From assembly GCA_049679205.1 (NCBI GenBank), contig JBAUFP010000092.1:1-27034 (forward strand): 27,034 nt of DNA. Reading direction: 5' to 3'. The DNA is from a bacterium (GTDB lineage: Bacteria > Hydrothermota > Tepidihabitantia > SM23-42). The position numbers and the translations under genes were made by a program. Shown in pieces: positions 1-8,238 of this stretch. Position 1 is the first letter of the stretch; each line of letters opens with the position of its first letter. The notes under the pieces were generated by a model that saw only the letters and a list, made by a program, of their open reading frames with translations, did no database searches and was not told the origin of the DNA.

Positions 1-1002
1 GGCATCGGCATCGCCGGTCAGGTGTAGTGCCCCTTTGTCTGCCTTTCGTTCGTAGAACCTGGAAAGGGCCGAACCTGCTGGCCGGAACAAATAGGACAGC
101 CCACTAAAGACAAGTACAAACAGAGGAAATGCCGCTATTTCTGATGCATGTTCAAAACCAAACCAGTTGTAGACAAAAAGCTGAATCCGATAAAACAGAT
201 AGAACGTAACAATGGTTATCATCGACTGCCATAATATTAACCACCACGTATGATGCTCGCGGTAGTGCACGATTTCATGAGCGAGCGCGGATAATATCTC
301 GTCCTTTCCATACTTTGATAACAAGGTATCACCTAGTAGTATCCGTTTTGTGTTGCCTAAACCGGCCACGGCGGCATTTGCCTTCGTGGTCTTGCTACTC
401 AGATCGATGCTGAATATGCCGCGCACCTTTAAATCCGCCCGAATACACAGTTCAGCGATATCCTTCTTCAAGCCATCATCATCCAGAGGTTTTGTTTTGT
501 AGAACAGGGGCAGGATTATTATTGGAAAGATATTCGCCAAAACGACGCTAATACCGACCATGATCAATGCAAGCCAAAGCCACCACAAAGCCGGTGCAGC
601 TGGAATGACAAGAAAAATTGTGCCAAAGACAATGATCCCAAGTACAAAAGTAACCAAAAATGACTTGACCCAATCAGCAAACCATGAACGACCCGTTTGC
701 GTCGAAAACCCGTATTTATGTTCTATCCTATAACCTTCTTGATACGCAAAAGGAATGGTCAGTAGAGAGTAAACAACATACAATGCCGAATAGTATATGA
801 CGATCAACAGCACTCTGCTAGCCACAGAAAGCTTAATGTATTGTACGAACAGTTTCGAGATATCAAACTGTAATAGAATCAACAAAAAAACCGCAGTGAC
901 GATTAGCGACGCGATACCGATCTTCCGGTTATCGCGGCGATAGCGACGGGCAATTTCTTGTCTTTCCTTGTCGATCAGTGGGTGGAATTGTTCTGGATGC
1001 AT
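1..1002 (-). CDS. M48 family zinc metallopeptidase (Ste24/CAAX protease-like), 3' end runs off the window
   Basis: Not in the ORF track because there is no stop inside the window. Manual translation from ATG at 1002 gives MHPEQFHPLIDKERQEIARRY..., several TM segments, IEHKYGFSTQT, SSKTTKANAAVAGLGNTKRILLGDTLL, zinc motif AHEIVH and SRFYERKADKGA. Confidence 0.93.
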   Translation of the reverse strand, partial: MHPEQFHPLIDKERQEIARRYRRDNRKIGIASLIVTAVFLLILLQFDISKLFVQYIKLSVASRVLLIVIYYSALYVVYSLLTIPFAYQEGYRIEHKYGFSTQTGRSWFADWVKSFLVTFVLGIIVFGTIFLVIPAAPALWWLWLALIMVGISVVLANIFPIIILPLFYKTKPLDDDGLKKDIAELCIRADLKVRGIFSIDLSSKTTKANAAVAGLGNTKRILLGDTLLSKYGKDEILSALAHEIVHYREHHTWWLILWQSMITIVTFYLFYRIQLFVYNWFGFEHASEIAAFPLFVLVFSGLSYLFRPAGSALSRFYERKADKGALHLTGDADA

Positions 1003-1007
1003 CTCAC

Positions 1008-1035
1008 ATTTTATCGACTCCACGTGATATGTCAA
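1008..1035 (-). promoter_or_regulatory. sigma70-type promoter of the M48 peptidase, probably leaderless
   Basis: Minus strand reads TTGACA-16 nt-TAAAAT-5 nt-ATG. Confidence 0.7.
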
Positions 1036-1199
1036 TGCAATTAACTCTGCCGAGAATTATCAAGAGCTATTTCTAAAGTAATTTCTCGACTCACTCCCAT
1101 TTCTGTGAAATGAGAGTTCGCTCGAAAGATAACGCCCTTGCCCAAAAACGAACAGGGTTGGAGAATAAAATAGCTGGTTGGAAGCATGTCAATGGAAAC

Positions 1200-1227
1200 T
1201 TGACTTTCCCACCTTTTGGATTAGAAT
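1200..1227 (+). promoter_or_regulatory. sigma70-type promoter of the glutaredoxin-like/larE/chrA operon
   Basis: TTGACT(1200-1205)-16 nt-TAGAAT(1222-1227), with a G-rich SD-like run before the ATGs at 1246/1249. Confidence 0.65.
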
Positions 1228-1245
1228 AGGAAAAAACAAGGGGGC

Positions 1246-1512
1246 ATGATGAAACAAGTCTATGTGTTTGGGAAACCAGACTGTCCAGTTTGTAAAGATA
1301 CGCGTGAGAAGTTGGCATATTTCAAAGAAAAGAACGATTTCGCGGCTCAGATCAAATACTATGACATGGACACAGTGGACGGGCTAACCGAAGGTGCATA
1401 TCACGAGGTAGAAGATATCCCAACCGTGATAATCTTTGATGACAAAAAAGAACTCATACGCTGGGTCAAGAAACCCCCGGTTAGCGAAGAGTTCTTACCG
1501 TATTTAACTTAG
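1246..1512 (+). CDS. Thioredoxin/glutaredoxin-fold protein
   Basis: 88 aa with N-terminal VYVFGKPDCPVC (CxxC) and a cis-Pro-like 'VEDIPTVIIF' motif. Ends in TAG. Confidence 0.85.
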   Translation: MMKQVYVFGKPDCPVCKDTREKLAYFKEKNDFAAQIKYYDMDTVDGLTEGAYHEVEDIPTVIIFDDKKELIRWVKKPPVSEEFLPYLT

Positions 1513-1521
1513 GTAGTCAGC

Positions 1522-2301
1522 ATCCATAAACTCAGTAAACTCAAGAAAATCCTGAAAAGCTACCCCGGTGTAGTAGTGGCATTTTCCGGCGGGGTAGATT
1601 CCAGTTTTCTGTTACGGATCGCCAAAGATGTATTAGGCAAAAATGTCATTGCCGTTACCGCGGTCTCACGTCTGCAGCCCAGAAAAGAAATCACTGAAGC
1701 CAAGCAAACCGCCCAGCGCCTGGGTGTCAAACACGTGACAATAAGAACTGACCCGCTTAAAGAGAATGCGGTCCGAAGCAATCTGGCGAACCGGTGTTAT
1801 CACTGCAAGCTACTTCTTCTCACCCAACTCAAGAAGATCGCCCAGAAAAACAACTATGTAGTGATTGAAGCAACGAACAAGTCAGATCTCCGATACCACC
1901 GGCCCGGCATCAAAGCGGTTAAGCGTCTGGGTGTCGCATCACCGTTGGTTGAAGCAGGTTTTGAAAAAGAAGAAATAAGGCAGGCCGCGCGCCGGCTCGG
2001 GCTTCCTAGTTGGAATAAACCCAGCATGGCTTGTCTTGCCTCACGCATCCCGTATGGCCAGGAAATAACTGCCCAAAAAATGAGGCGCATTGATAAAGCC
2101 GAAGACTACCTGCGCCGGCTTCGATTTACACAAGTACGGGTGCGTGACCACTATCCAATGGCCCGCATCGAAGTCAATACAGCCGAGTTGGAGAAAATAC
2201 TAAAACAGCGTAAACGAATCGTACGCTACCTGTGTGGGCTCGGCTACATATATGTCACGCTTGACCTGGCAGGCTACCGTACCGGAAGTTTTGACCTCTA
2301 A
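1522..2301 (+). CDS. larE: ATP-dependent sulfur transferase LarE (TIGR00268 PP-loop family); start uncertain
   Basis: AFSGGVDS PP-loop, RCYHCK, RPGIKA, WNKPSMACLASRIPYG, QVRVRDH, VTLDLAGYRTGS. The ORF-track start (GTG 1576) lies inside the first beta-strand. The frame is open back to 1513 and encodes a LarE-like N-terminal helix (HKLSKLKKILKSY). 1522 (ATC) is an inferred start. Confidence 0.88.
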   Translation: MHKLSKLKKILKSYPGVVVAFSGGVDSSFLLRIAKDVLGKNVIAVTAVSRLQPRKEITEAKQTAQRLGVKHVTIRTDPLKENAVRSNLANRCYHCKLLLLTQLKKIAQKNNYVVIEATNKSDLRYHRPGIKAVKRLGVASPLVEAGFEKEEIRQAARRLGLPSWNKPSMACLASRIPYGQEITAQKMRRIDKAEDYLRRLRFTQVRVRDHYPMARIEVNTAELEKILKQRKRIVRYLCGLGYIYVTLDLAGYRTGSFDL

Positions 2302-3392
2302 TGGCGAAGACCCTCGGCGCATTAACCAAATCAATCTTCAAAGTAGGCTTGTTCGGTTTTGGCGGCGGCCTGGGCATGCTCGCCTTGCTGCGCGCAGAAT
2401 GCGTAAAAAAGAAAAAATATATCTCGGACGATGAACTCTGCACGGCCGTAGCCATGGGTCAGATGCTGCCTGGTCCCTTTGTGCCGAATTACTGCGAATA
2501 CATCGGCTATCATCTTTTCGGACTGCGTGGAGCAATTGCCGCGGGCGCAGCGCTCATCATTCCCTCCTTCGTATTGATGATCGTTTTGTCCTGGTTCTAT
2601 CTGACCTATAGTACCCTGCCGGGAATAACACTCATATTCAAAGGTATCGGGGCTGTGATCACGTCAATAATACTGTGGGCAGCTTATGAGATGGGCAGGG
2701 TTTTGATCAAGGATGCCAAAGGCATTATCATCTTCTTCTTTGCCCTGGCCCTCTTTCTCCTGAAGTTCGATCCAATACTAACCGTTATCCTCTGCGGTAT
2801 TCTAAGCATCGCCATTGAACATACTAAATTTCTGAAGCATCTGGTCTTTGCCGTACCTTTGTTTCTTTTTGACCTCAAGCAGGCCCTGGAGTTGTTCAGT
2901 ATATTTCTTAAAATCGGTGCCATAATATTTGGCGGGGGTTATGGAGCAATACCTTTCATCCAAAACGAGGTATGTAATGTGAGAAACTGGCTCTCCGCAA
3001 AAGAATTTATTGATGGCGTTGCCCTGGGCCAGATGACCCCGGGACCAGTAGCGATAACCGCCACCTTTGTTGGCTTCAAGGTGATGGGCATACCCGGTGC
3101 AATAGTGGCCACGCTGGGTATATTCCTGCCTTCGTTCCTGATGCTGATGCTTCTGATACGCGTTTACAACAGAATATCGGACAACAAGTATGTCATTTCT
3201 TTTTTCAATGGCATAAAATCAGCAGTTGTCGCCATCCTGATATCCACTGGATTCTACTTCGCATTATTGAATTGGACACAACCGGCATATGCGGTATTCG
3301 GAATTGCCGCCTTGCTCGTACTCCTTTTCCTGAAACTCGAACCCATATTCCTGATACTCATCGCGGCTGTATTCAGTCTTATTGCGGGTTAA
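2301..3392 (+). CDS. chrA: Chromate ion transporter (CHR family, two-domain)
   Basis: Two homologous halves (FKVGLFGFGGG...AMGQMLPGP and FLKIGAIIFGGG...ALGQMTPGP). Start overlaps the larE stop (TAATG). Confidence 0.92.
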   Translation: MAKTLGALTKSIFKVGLFGFGGGLGMLALLRAECVKKKKYISDDELCTAVAMGQMLPGPFVPNYCEYIGYHLFGLRGAIAAGAALIIPSFVLMIVLSWFYLTYSTLPGITLIFKGIGAVITSIILWAAYEMGRVLIKDAKGIIIFFFALALFLLKFDPILTVILCGILSIAIEHTKFLKHLVFAVPLFLFDLKQALELFSIFLKIGAIIFGGGYGAIPFIQNEVCNVRNWLSAKEFIDGVALGQMTPGPVAITATFVGFKVMGIPGAIVATLGIFLPSFLMLMLLIRVYNRISDNKYVISFFNGIKSAVVAILISTGFYFALLNWTQPAYAVFGIAALLVLLFLKLEPIFLILIAAVFSLIAG

Positions 3393-3397
3393 ACCGA

Positions 3398-3424
3398 ATG
3401 GGGTGAGAATCAACACTCACCCGG
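3398..3424. repeat. Short hairpin between convergent genes (possible terminator or REP-like element)
   Basis: GGGTGAG-aatcaaca-CTCACCC. The ends match those of the long stem-loop at 6250-6404. Confidence 0.5.
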
Positions 3425-3473
3425 CAATTTCATCAAGGGAAAAGAACAGGATCAGTGTATTTAATGGCTTCGG

Positions 3474-4769
3474 TCATTGGGGTTCGGTCAAGCGCACTTC
3501 AGTGACTGCGCTGCGTTCCTTGCCGCTTATCAAATCCTTTACTTTCAGCACGATGATGTAATTACCCGGCACTAGATCCATGGGGTGGTACTCAGCTCCA
3601 AAATAGGCGATATTACCCGGTTCAGTCCAATCCTTTATCATGACGTCAACGACTTCCTGGCGCATTTTTTCCTTATTATAAACTTCATACGTCGTTCGCA
3701 CTCTATACAAACCCTCTTTGGTCTCCAGGTTGTATGCCTCCGAGTAGAAATAGAAAGGTCTATGGACCGGTAAATCGGTTTCTAAGAGGGGGATGACCCG
3801 GCCCACCGGTTTCTCAAATTTCTCACGGGTGAATGATTTGTCAATCAAACGTACCGGTATCAGATCGCTTATCTCTTTCACGTCATCCTGGTATTCAATA
3901 AGGTTAACCGACAATTCCTTTTTCCCGGAGCGCTCGTTCTTCATATCAATTAGTTCCAATTCAACGCGGTACTCCTCGGGCTTAAGCCAGAGATTTATTT
4001 CATCGACGAATGTTCCCTTTGCACCACCCTCGGGGACCAAGATGTGACGCGTATGGTTCACAATACTATCCCAACGGTTGAATACTTTGACATCCCTGAA
4101 TAAGACGAGCCCGGTCGTATCATCAAAATCCACACCGAGGTATATCTCCAACCGAGTCAAATTTTTCTGCTGCCGAAATCGTCCATGCGACATCACAAAA
4201 TTCAAGGATTCATCAAACTGCACATCGATGGACGTATCTGAAGCGGCTTCCCTCAGGTGGGGGATAATAACGCGGTCGCCAAACTCAAATTGCGAAATCA
4301 AATCATAGGCGCGCGCCATGCGTACGAAATCGAATATCAAGCCTTCTTTCCCGTAAGTCCAAATCTCTGCGGGTCTCACCCGAATGTTAGACTGTACGCC
4401 GATCGTTTTCTCCTGAGTAATTATCTCTTTCCTTGCCTCTCCGTACCTTACGTATACTGGTATGCGATCGTCACTCAGCGGTGCATTGCCTCCAAATTGC
4501 CGGAAGGCGTAAGTACTACGCTCCTCAAATAAAGCACGCTCTTCATCTTTTCCATCCCAGTAATCATCATAAAACATTGTTCTTTCCTGGGTCGACTCCA
4601 AATTCAGGTATATTCCCGCCGCTGCGGTGTCGATGCCTCGCAAACCAAGATACCAGACTCTTTCATACTCGAGTAAACGGTAATAACGCGCCGCAAATAT
4701 GTTAACGGCACAGCAAATAAAAAGGAATGCAAAAAGAAAAGAGAAAATGGCCCATCTCTTGTTTTTCAT
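3474..4769 (-). CDS. Secreted protein with a degenerate GWxTD-like domain and C-terminal beta-rich domains
   Basis: Signal-peptide-like MKNKRWAIFSFLFAFLFICC with a G-rich SD upstream. Segment YLNL..QER..FY..YW...FEER..YA..QFG...SDDRIPVYVRYGE parallels the GWxTD domain. ORF-track alternative start is 4784. Confidence 0.6.
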   Translation of the reverse strand: MKNKRWAIFSFLFAFLFICCAVNIFAARYYRLLEYERVWYLGLRGIDTAAAGIYLNLESTQERTMFYDDYWDGKDEERALFEERSTYAFRQFGGNAPLSDDRIPVYVRYGEARKEIITQEKTIGVQSNIRVRPAEIWTYGKEGLIFDFVRMARAYDLISQFEFGDRVIIPHLREAASDTSIDVQFDESLNFVMSHGRFRQQKNLTRLEIYLGVDFDDTTGLVLFRDVKVFNRWDSIVNHTRHILVPEGGAKGTFVDEINLWLKPEEYRVELELIDMKNERSGKKELSVNLIEYQDDVKEISDLIPVRLIDKSFTREKFEKPVGRVIPLLETDLPVHRPFYFYSEAYNLETKEGLYRVRTTYEVYNKEKMRQEVVDVMIKDWTEPGNIAYFGAEYHPMDLVPGNYIIVLKVKDLISGKERSAVTEVRLTEPQ

Positions 4770-4780
4770 TTTTCCCCCAA

Positions 4781-6022
4781 TCATTCCGGGCTTGTTTTAT
4801 CCTCGTGCCAATCATATGTACCTGGGGCGATATCGGAAAGCCACTCTTCATCCCGGCTTCCTTCCCTTATCCCGGCATTCAATATATCGGTGAGTTCCCC
4901 TGGTTTTAATATCTTGATGAGTCTTGGATTGTGATCACTCCTAATATCACTGAAAAGAAAATCATTCCTACCGTAGTAATACCATACCTCGAAAGGCCGG
5001 GCCCAATTCTCAACCGACATGGTTTCTATCTCATCGGGCGGACCTAGCATTACATAAAGACGGCCCCGTTCTGAATCCCTACCCAGCAAGTCACTGGTTG
5101 AAAACCTCTTATCGGCCTCGGCTATCCGTTGTTCGAATTGCCGATAATCATGAAGGCTCCAAAATTCTTTCAAATAGACCTCTTGTTGAACATCACTCAG
5201 ATTACGGAACTTCTTGTATTCATCTGAACTGATAATATATTGAATCTCGTGATAGAATTTTCGACCCGCAGCGTCATCTGAGGCCACTATAGTGAAAGAC
5301 GAACTGCGCGCAACACTCGACGCAGAAGAGGGATCACCAATCTCTATTGTGTATTCGTACATACCGGATACTAATCTGGATAAATCGACGACATGCGTAT
5401 CAATCTGTGCATAATCATATTTCACCAACTCCCTTTTGTCATGCAGCAGGACGGCGCCCGTATGATCATGAATTTTATATTCAACTAGGTAGTACAGACT
5501 ATCCGGTACCAAACCATATAACTCAAGATAAGAGAATAACCTATCAGCTGGGGTGAAAGCGGCATTGACTGAAGGTAACATAGCAACGCCATGGAACCGA
5601 AACTGACCTAAACCCCATTTACCCAGTACCAAGTCGCTACAAGCAAAGGAGGCCGCCTCTGCAGAAACTTCAATAACCCCCATATCATGAAGATCATACG
5701 TCTTTACGTGCACATCGAAATCATAATTGAATCGACCAGGATATAGATCCAACGAGAGGTGATCGATTATGAAATCCTCCCAATCCTCCTTGTACACATC
5801 CACACTTTTCCTGCCTTCAACAAAAGCCGAATCCGTGCCATCGTTGTTGTGAATAGCAAACGTATATGAGTATGTCGCACATATCGTATCTCCGGCGACT
5901 AAGTCTTGTGAATCAACGAGAGCTGAAATTGGCAACTGATACCAAACCTCTACATAGCCAGCCTCGAAACGGAACACCTCGACTTGTAGTGTTTGCAGTA
6001 CAATCAGCAGTAACGGGATCAT
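4781..6022 (-). CDS. GWxTD domain-containing protein
   Basis: IQYIISSDEYKKFRNLSDVQQEVYLKEFW...RIAEADKRFS....GRDSERGRLYVMLGPPDEIE...FEVWYY. The GWxTD motif is varied to GRDSE. Hydrophobic N-terminus. Confidence 0.85.
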   Translation of the reverse strand: MIPLLLIVLQTLQVEVFRFEAGYVEVWYQLPISALVDSQDLVAGDTICATYSYTFAIHNNDGTDSAFVEGRKSVDVYKEDWEDFIIDHLSLDLYPGRFNYDFDVHVKTYDLHDMGVIEVSAEAASFACSDLVLGKWGLGQFRFHGVAMLPSVNAAFTPADRLFSYLELYGLVPDSLYYLVEYKIHDHTGAVLLHDKRELVKYDYAQIDTHVVDLSRLVSGMYEYTIEIGDPSSASSVARSSSFTIVASDDAAGRKFYHEIQYIISSDEYKKFRNLSDVQQEVYLKEFWSLHDYRQFEQRIAEADKRFSTSDLLGRDSERGRLYVMLGPPDEIETMSVENWARPFEVWYYYGRNDFLFSDIRSDHNPRLIKILKPGELTDILNAGIREGSRDEEWLSDIAPGTYDWHEDKTSPE

Positions 6023-6039
6023 TCATACCCTCAGGCACA

Positions 6040-6068
6040 ATTATATTTAACCATCGTTTCGATGTCAA
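6040..6068 (-). promoter_or_regulatory. sigma70-type promoter of the GWxTD pair
   Basis: Perfect TTGACA-17 nt-TATAAT on the minus strand, then a GAGGG SD before ATG 6022. Confidence 0.8.
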
Positions 6069-6133
6069 CCTTATCAAATCTTCCAGAAAAACATGACCGA
6101 TAGTCTAAAGCGCCCTTGTCGAACCAGAAACCA

Positions 6134-6161
6134 TTGACAAAAAAGTGAATCACGCTATACT
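6134..6161 (+). promoter_or_regulatory. sigma70-type promoter of tRNA-Met
   Basis: TTGACA(6134-6139)-16 nt-TATACT(6156-6161), 8 nt before the tRNA. Confidence 0.8.
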
Positions 6162-6169
6162 AACGTGTC

Positions 6170-6242
6170 GGCGGCGTAGCTCAGCTGGTAGAGCAGGAGA
6201 ATCATAATCTCTGTGTCGGGGGTTCGAGTCCCTTCGCCGCTA
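6170..6242 (+). tRNA. tRNA-Met(CAT), probably elongator; CCA not encoded
   Basis: Acceptor GGCGGCG/CGCCGCT+A, D arm GCTC..GAGC, anticodon arm GGAGA-ATCATAA-TCTCT, T loop GGTTCGAGTCC. Lacks initiator hallmarks (C1 mismatch, three G-C pairs). Ile2 is not formally excluded. Confidence 0.95.
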
Positions 6243-6245
6243 TTT

Positions 6246-6405
6246 CCTTATGGGTGAGAATGGCGTAAATAATTGGGTATGTGCGAGGAACAGAGTAGCA
6301 TCGATGAGGCGCGAAAACATCATTGTGCCGTCCACAAGACGCCGGAACCTCAATAATAGCAGTTCTTCAATCGCCCATCTGAGCCCTTTACGGCACTCAC
6401 CAGGG
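6246..6405 (+). ncRNA. Candidate structured RNA or long palindromic element (6S-like or REP/MITE-like)
   Basis: Nested pairings GGTGAG/CTCACC, CGTAAA/TTTACG, TGGGT/GCCCA, GAGGAAC/GTTCTTC, TGAGG/CCTCA plus two apical hairpins. G-U pairs favour the + strand. Confidence 0.45.
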
Positions 6406-6460
6406 TTCGTTAGTTCGGATTTAGACATTGCATGTTTCACGGCTATCGGAGAATCCAGCT

Positions 6461-8185
6461 ATGCCAAAAGAAGACGTTGATCTGCTAAAAGATTTAGAGA
6501 AGAAACTCGCAAAATTAGAGGAAGTGGAAAAGGCGCTTGCAGAAAAGGAACGCGCTCTAAAGACTGCAGAAAAAGAGCTGGCCGGTGAACAGCAATTGAA
6601 GAGCAATGTTGAAAAATTAACCGCGGAACGCGAAAAAATACAGGAAGAGGTGTATGATCTGGACGACAGAAAAACTGGCTTAATGAATCTCGTATCCGGA
6701 CTCGAGAGGGATCTTGCCAAACGGCAGGAAGAACGCAACCAAAAGGAGGATGAGTACTATAGTCTAAAGGCGAAAACCGAAGAACTGAAAAAAGAACACC
6801 ACTAGATCACGCAAAGAACCCGAGAGACGCTCACCGGGTTACGCACAACTGAAAAAGATCTGGAAACGATCCGGAATGAAAAAAAGTCCACCGAAAAAGA
6901 GCTTCAAGCCATAAAGGCAGAATACAAGCAACTTTCTCAGGAGACGCAGAAAAAGGTGAAACATGAAGCCACCCTCACCTCGCAACTATCTTCCAGCCAA
7001 CTGGAATATGAAAGTGTGAGCAAGTCTCTCAAAGATACCCAAGAATCATACAAGAAAGCACGGACCGAAGAAGAAGCACTGAAAAAAGATATTTCAAAAA
7101 AGAGTCAAGAATTAGAGCAAACAATCAAAAAACTGGACAAGGTGCGCACCGAATACACAAATCTGGAAGCGAAAATAACCGAATACAAAGAAAAAGAGAA
7201 AGAATTGAAGAGCATCGAGCCCGAGTATCGTAAAGTGCTGGAGGATTTTGAACAATCAAAACGTGAGGGCAGCGAACTCGCAAAGTCGATTGGCCAGGCA
7301 AGGAAAACACTCAATGAATTGAAATCCGAAACCAAGGCATATGAAAAAATCGAAGCCGCATACAAGAATAAACAAGAAGAATTAGCCAAGGCAGCAGAAC
7401 AACTAAAAGCATATAAACAACAAACAGAGGAAGCAGAGATAGCCTACAAGAAACTGGAAAAAGAGCTTCCTCAATTGAAGAAAGAACAAGAATCAATAAC
7501 TAATGCTATCGAAGAGCACAAAAATATCAGGCAATTACTCGAAACAAGCAAGAAGGAACTCGCCATGATCGAGGCAAGAATCAGCCAACGTAAAGAAAAG
7601 ATGTCCGAAATTACGAAAACTCTAAATTTCCTGGAGAACACAGACGAGAAAGCCATTGCCCAACTGAACACGGAAACGAAAGAGTTGATTAAAACACGTG
7701 AACAATATCAGAGTGGGATAAGCAAAATGCAGGAGGAGAAGAAGAATCTTCAAGAGAAACACGGAGTGTTGGAAGTACAACTCTCTGAGCTATCGAGCAA
7801 GGTCGATAAAGCGCGCCTATTCGAGAATGACATGATAGTGAAAATCGAAAAACGCCGGAACGAGCTGGTGCAGTTGGATAAGGAAATAGACGAAAAACGT
7901 GCGAAAACAATAAGGCAGGTGGAAGAAGAAACAAAGAGACTGGAGGATGTAAGAAGAGAAATAAAGGAGCTCGAAGAGAAGAAGAATGAATCGCTCGGTA
8001 CCATTGCCAAAACCGACGAAATGCAAGTAGTGCTCAATAAACTGAAGAATGAAAAAGAAGAGCTCGACAAGATCATCGCGGATAAGACCAAAGAGCTCGA
8101 GAAGATCAAAATTTTCATCACCCGGCTGAAAAACAAAAATCCCGCATCACCCGATGAAAAGAAAAAAGACCAGATATCATTCTGA
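6461..8185 (+). CDS. Long K/E-rich coiled-coil protein (~574 codons) interrupted by one in-frame TAG at 6803-6805 (pseudogene, readthrough or sequence error)
   Basis: ORFs 6428-6805 and 6956-8185 share a frame. 6806-6955 is open and heptad-like (ITQRTRETLTGLRTTEKDLETIRNEKKSTEKELQAIKAEYKQLSQETQKK). GGAG SD lies upstream of ATG 6461. No Walker A motif seen. Confidence 0.75.
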
Positions 8186-8238
8186 GACGCCGATCAGCCG
8201 GGATGAAAAAATCAAAAAAGCATTTTCGCTAATCTAAG

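Noticed and set aside
6246..6405. SRP RNA, tmRNA, RNase P RNA or T-box
   Set aside because: No SRP helix-8 motif, tRNA-like ends, RNase P conserved blocks or T-box sequence were found by eye.
6240..6480. Small ORFs 6250-6480 (+) and 6240-6440 (-)
   Set aside because: No SD or protein-like features. The region is better explained by RNA or DNA secondary structure.
6461..8185. SMC/SbcC/Rad50 ATPase
   Set aside because: No Walker A/B, signature motif or hinge is visible. Any similarity would be compositional.
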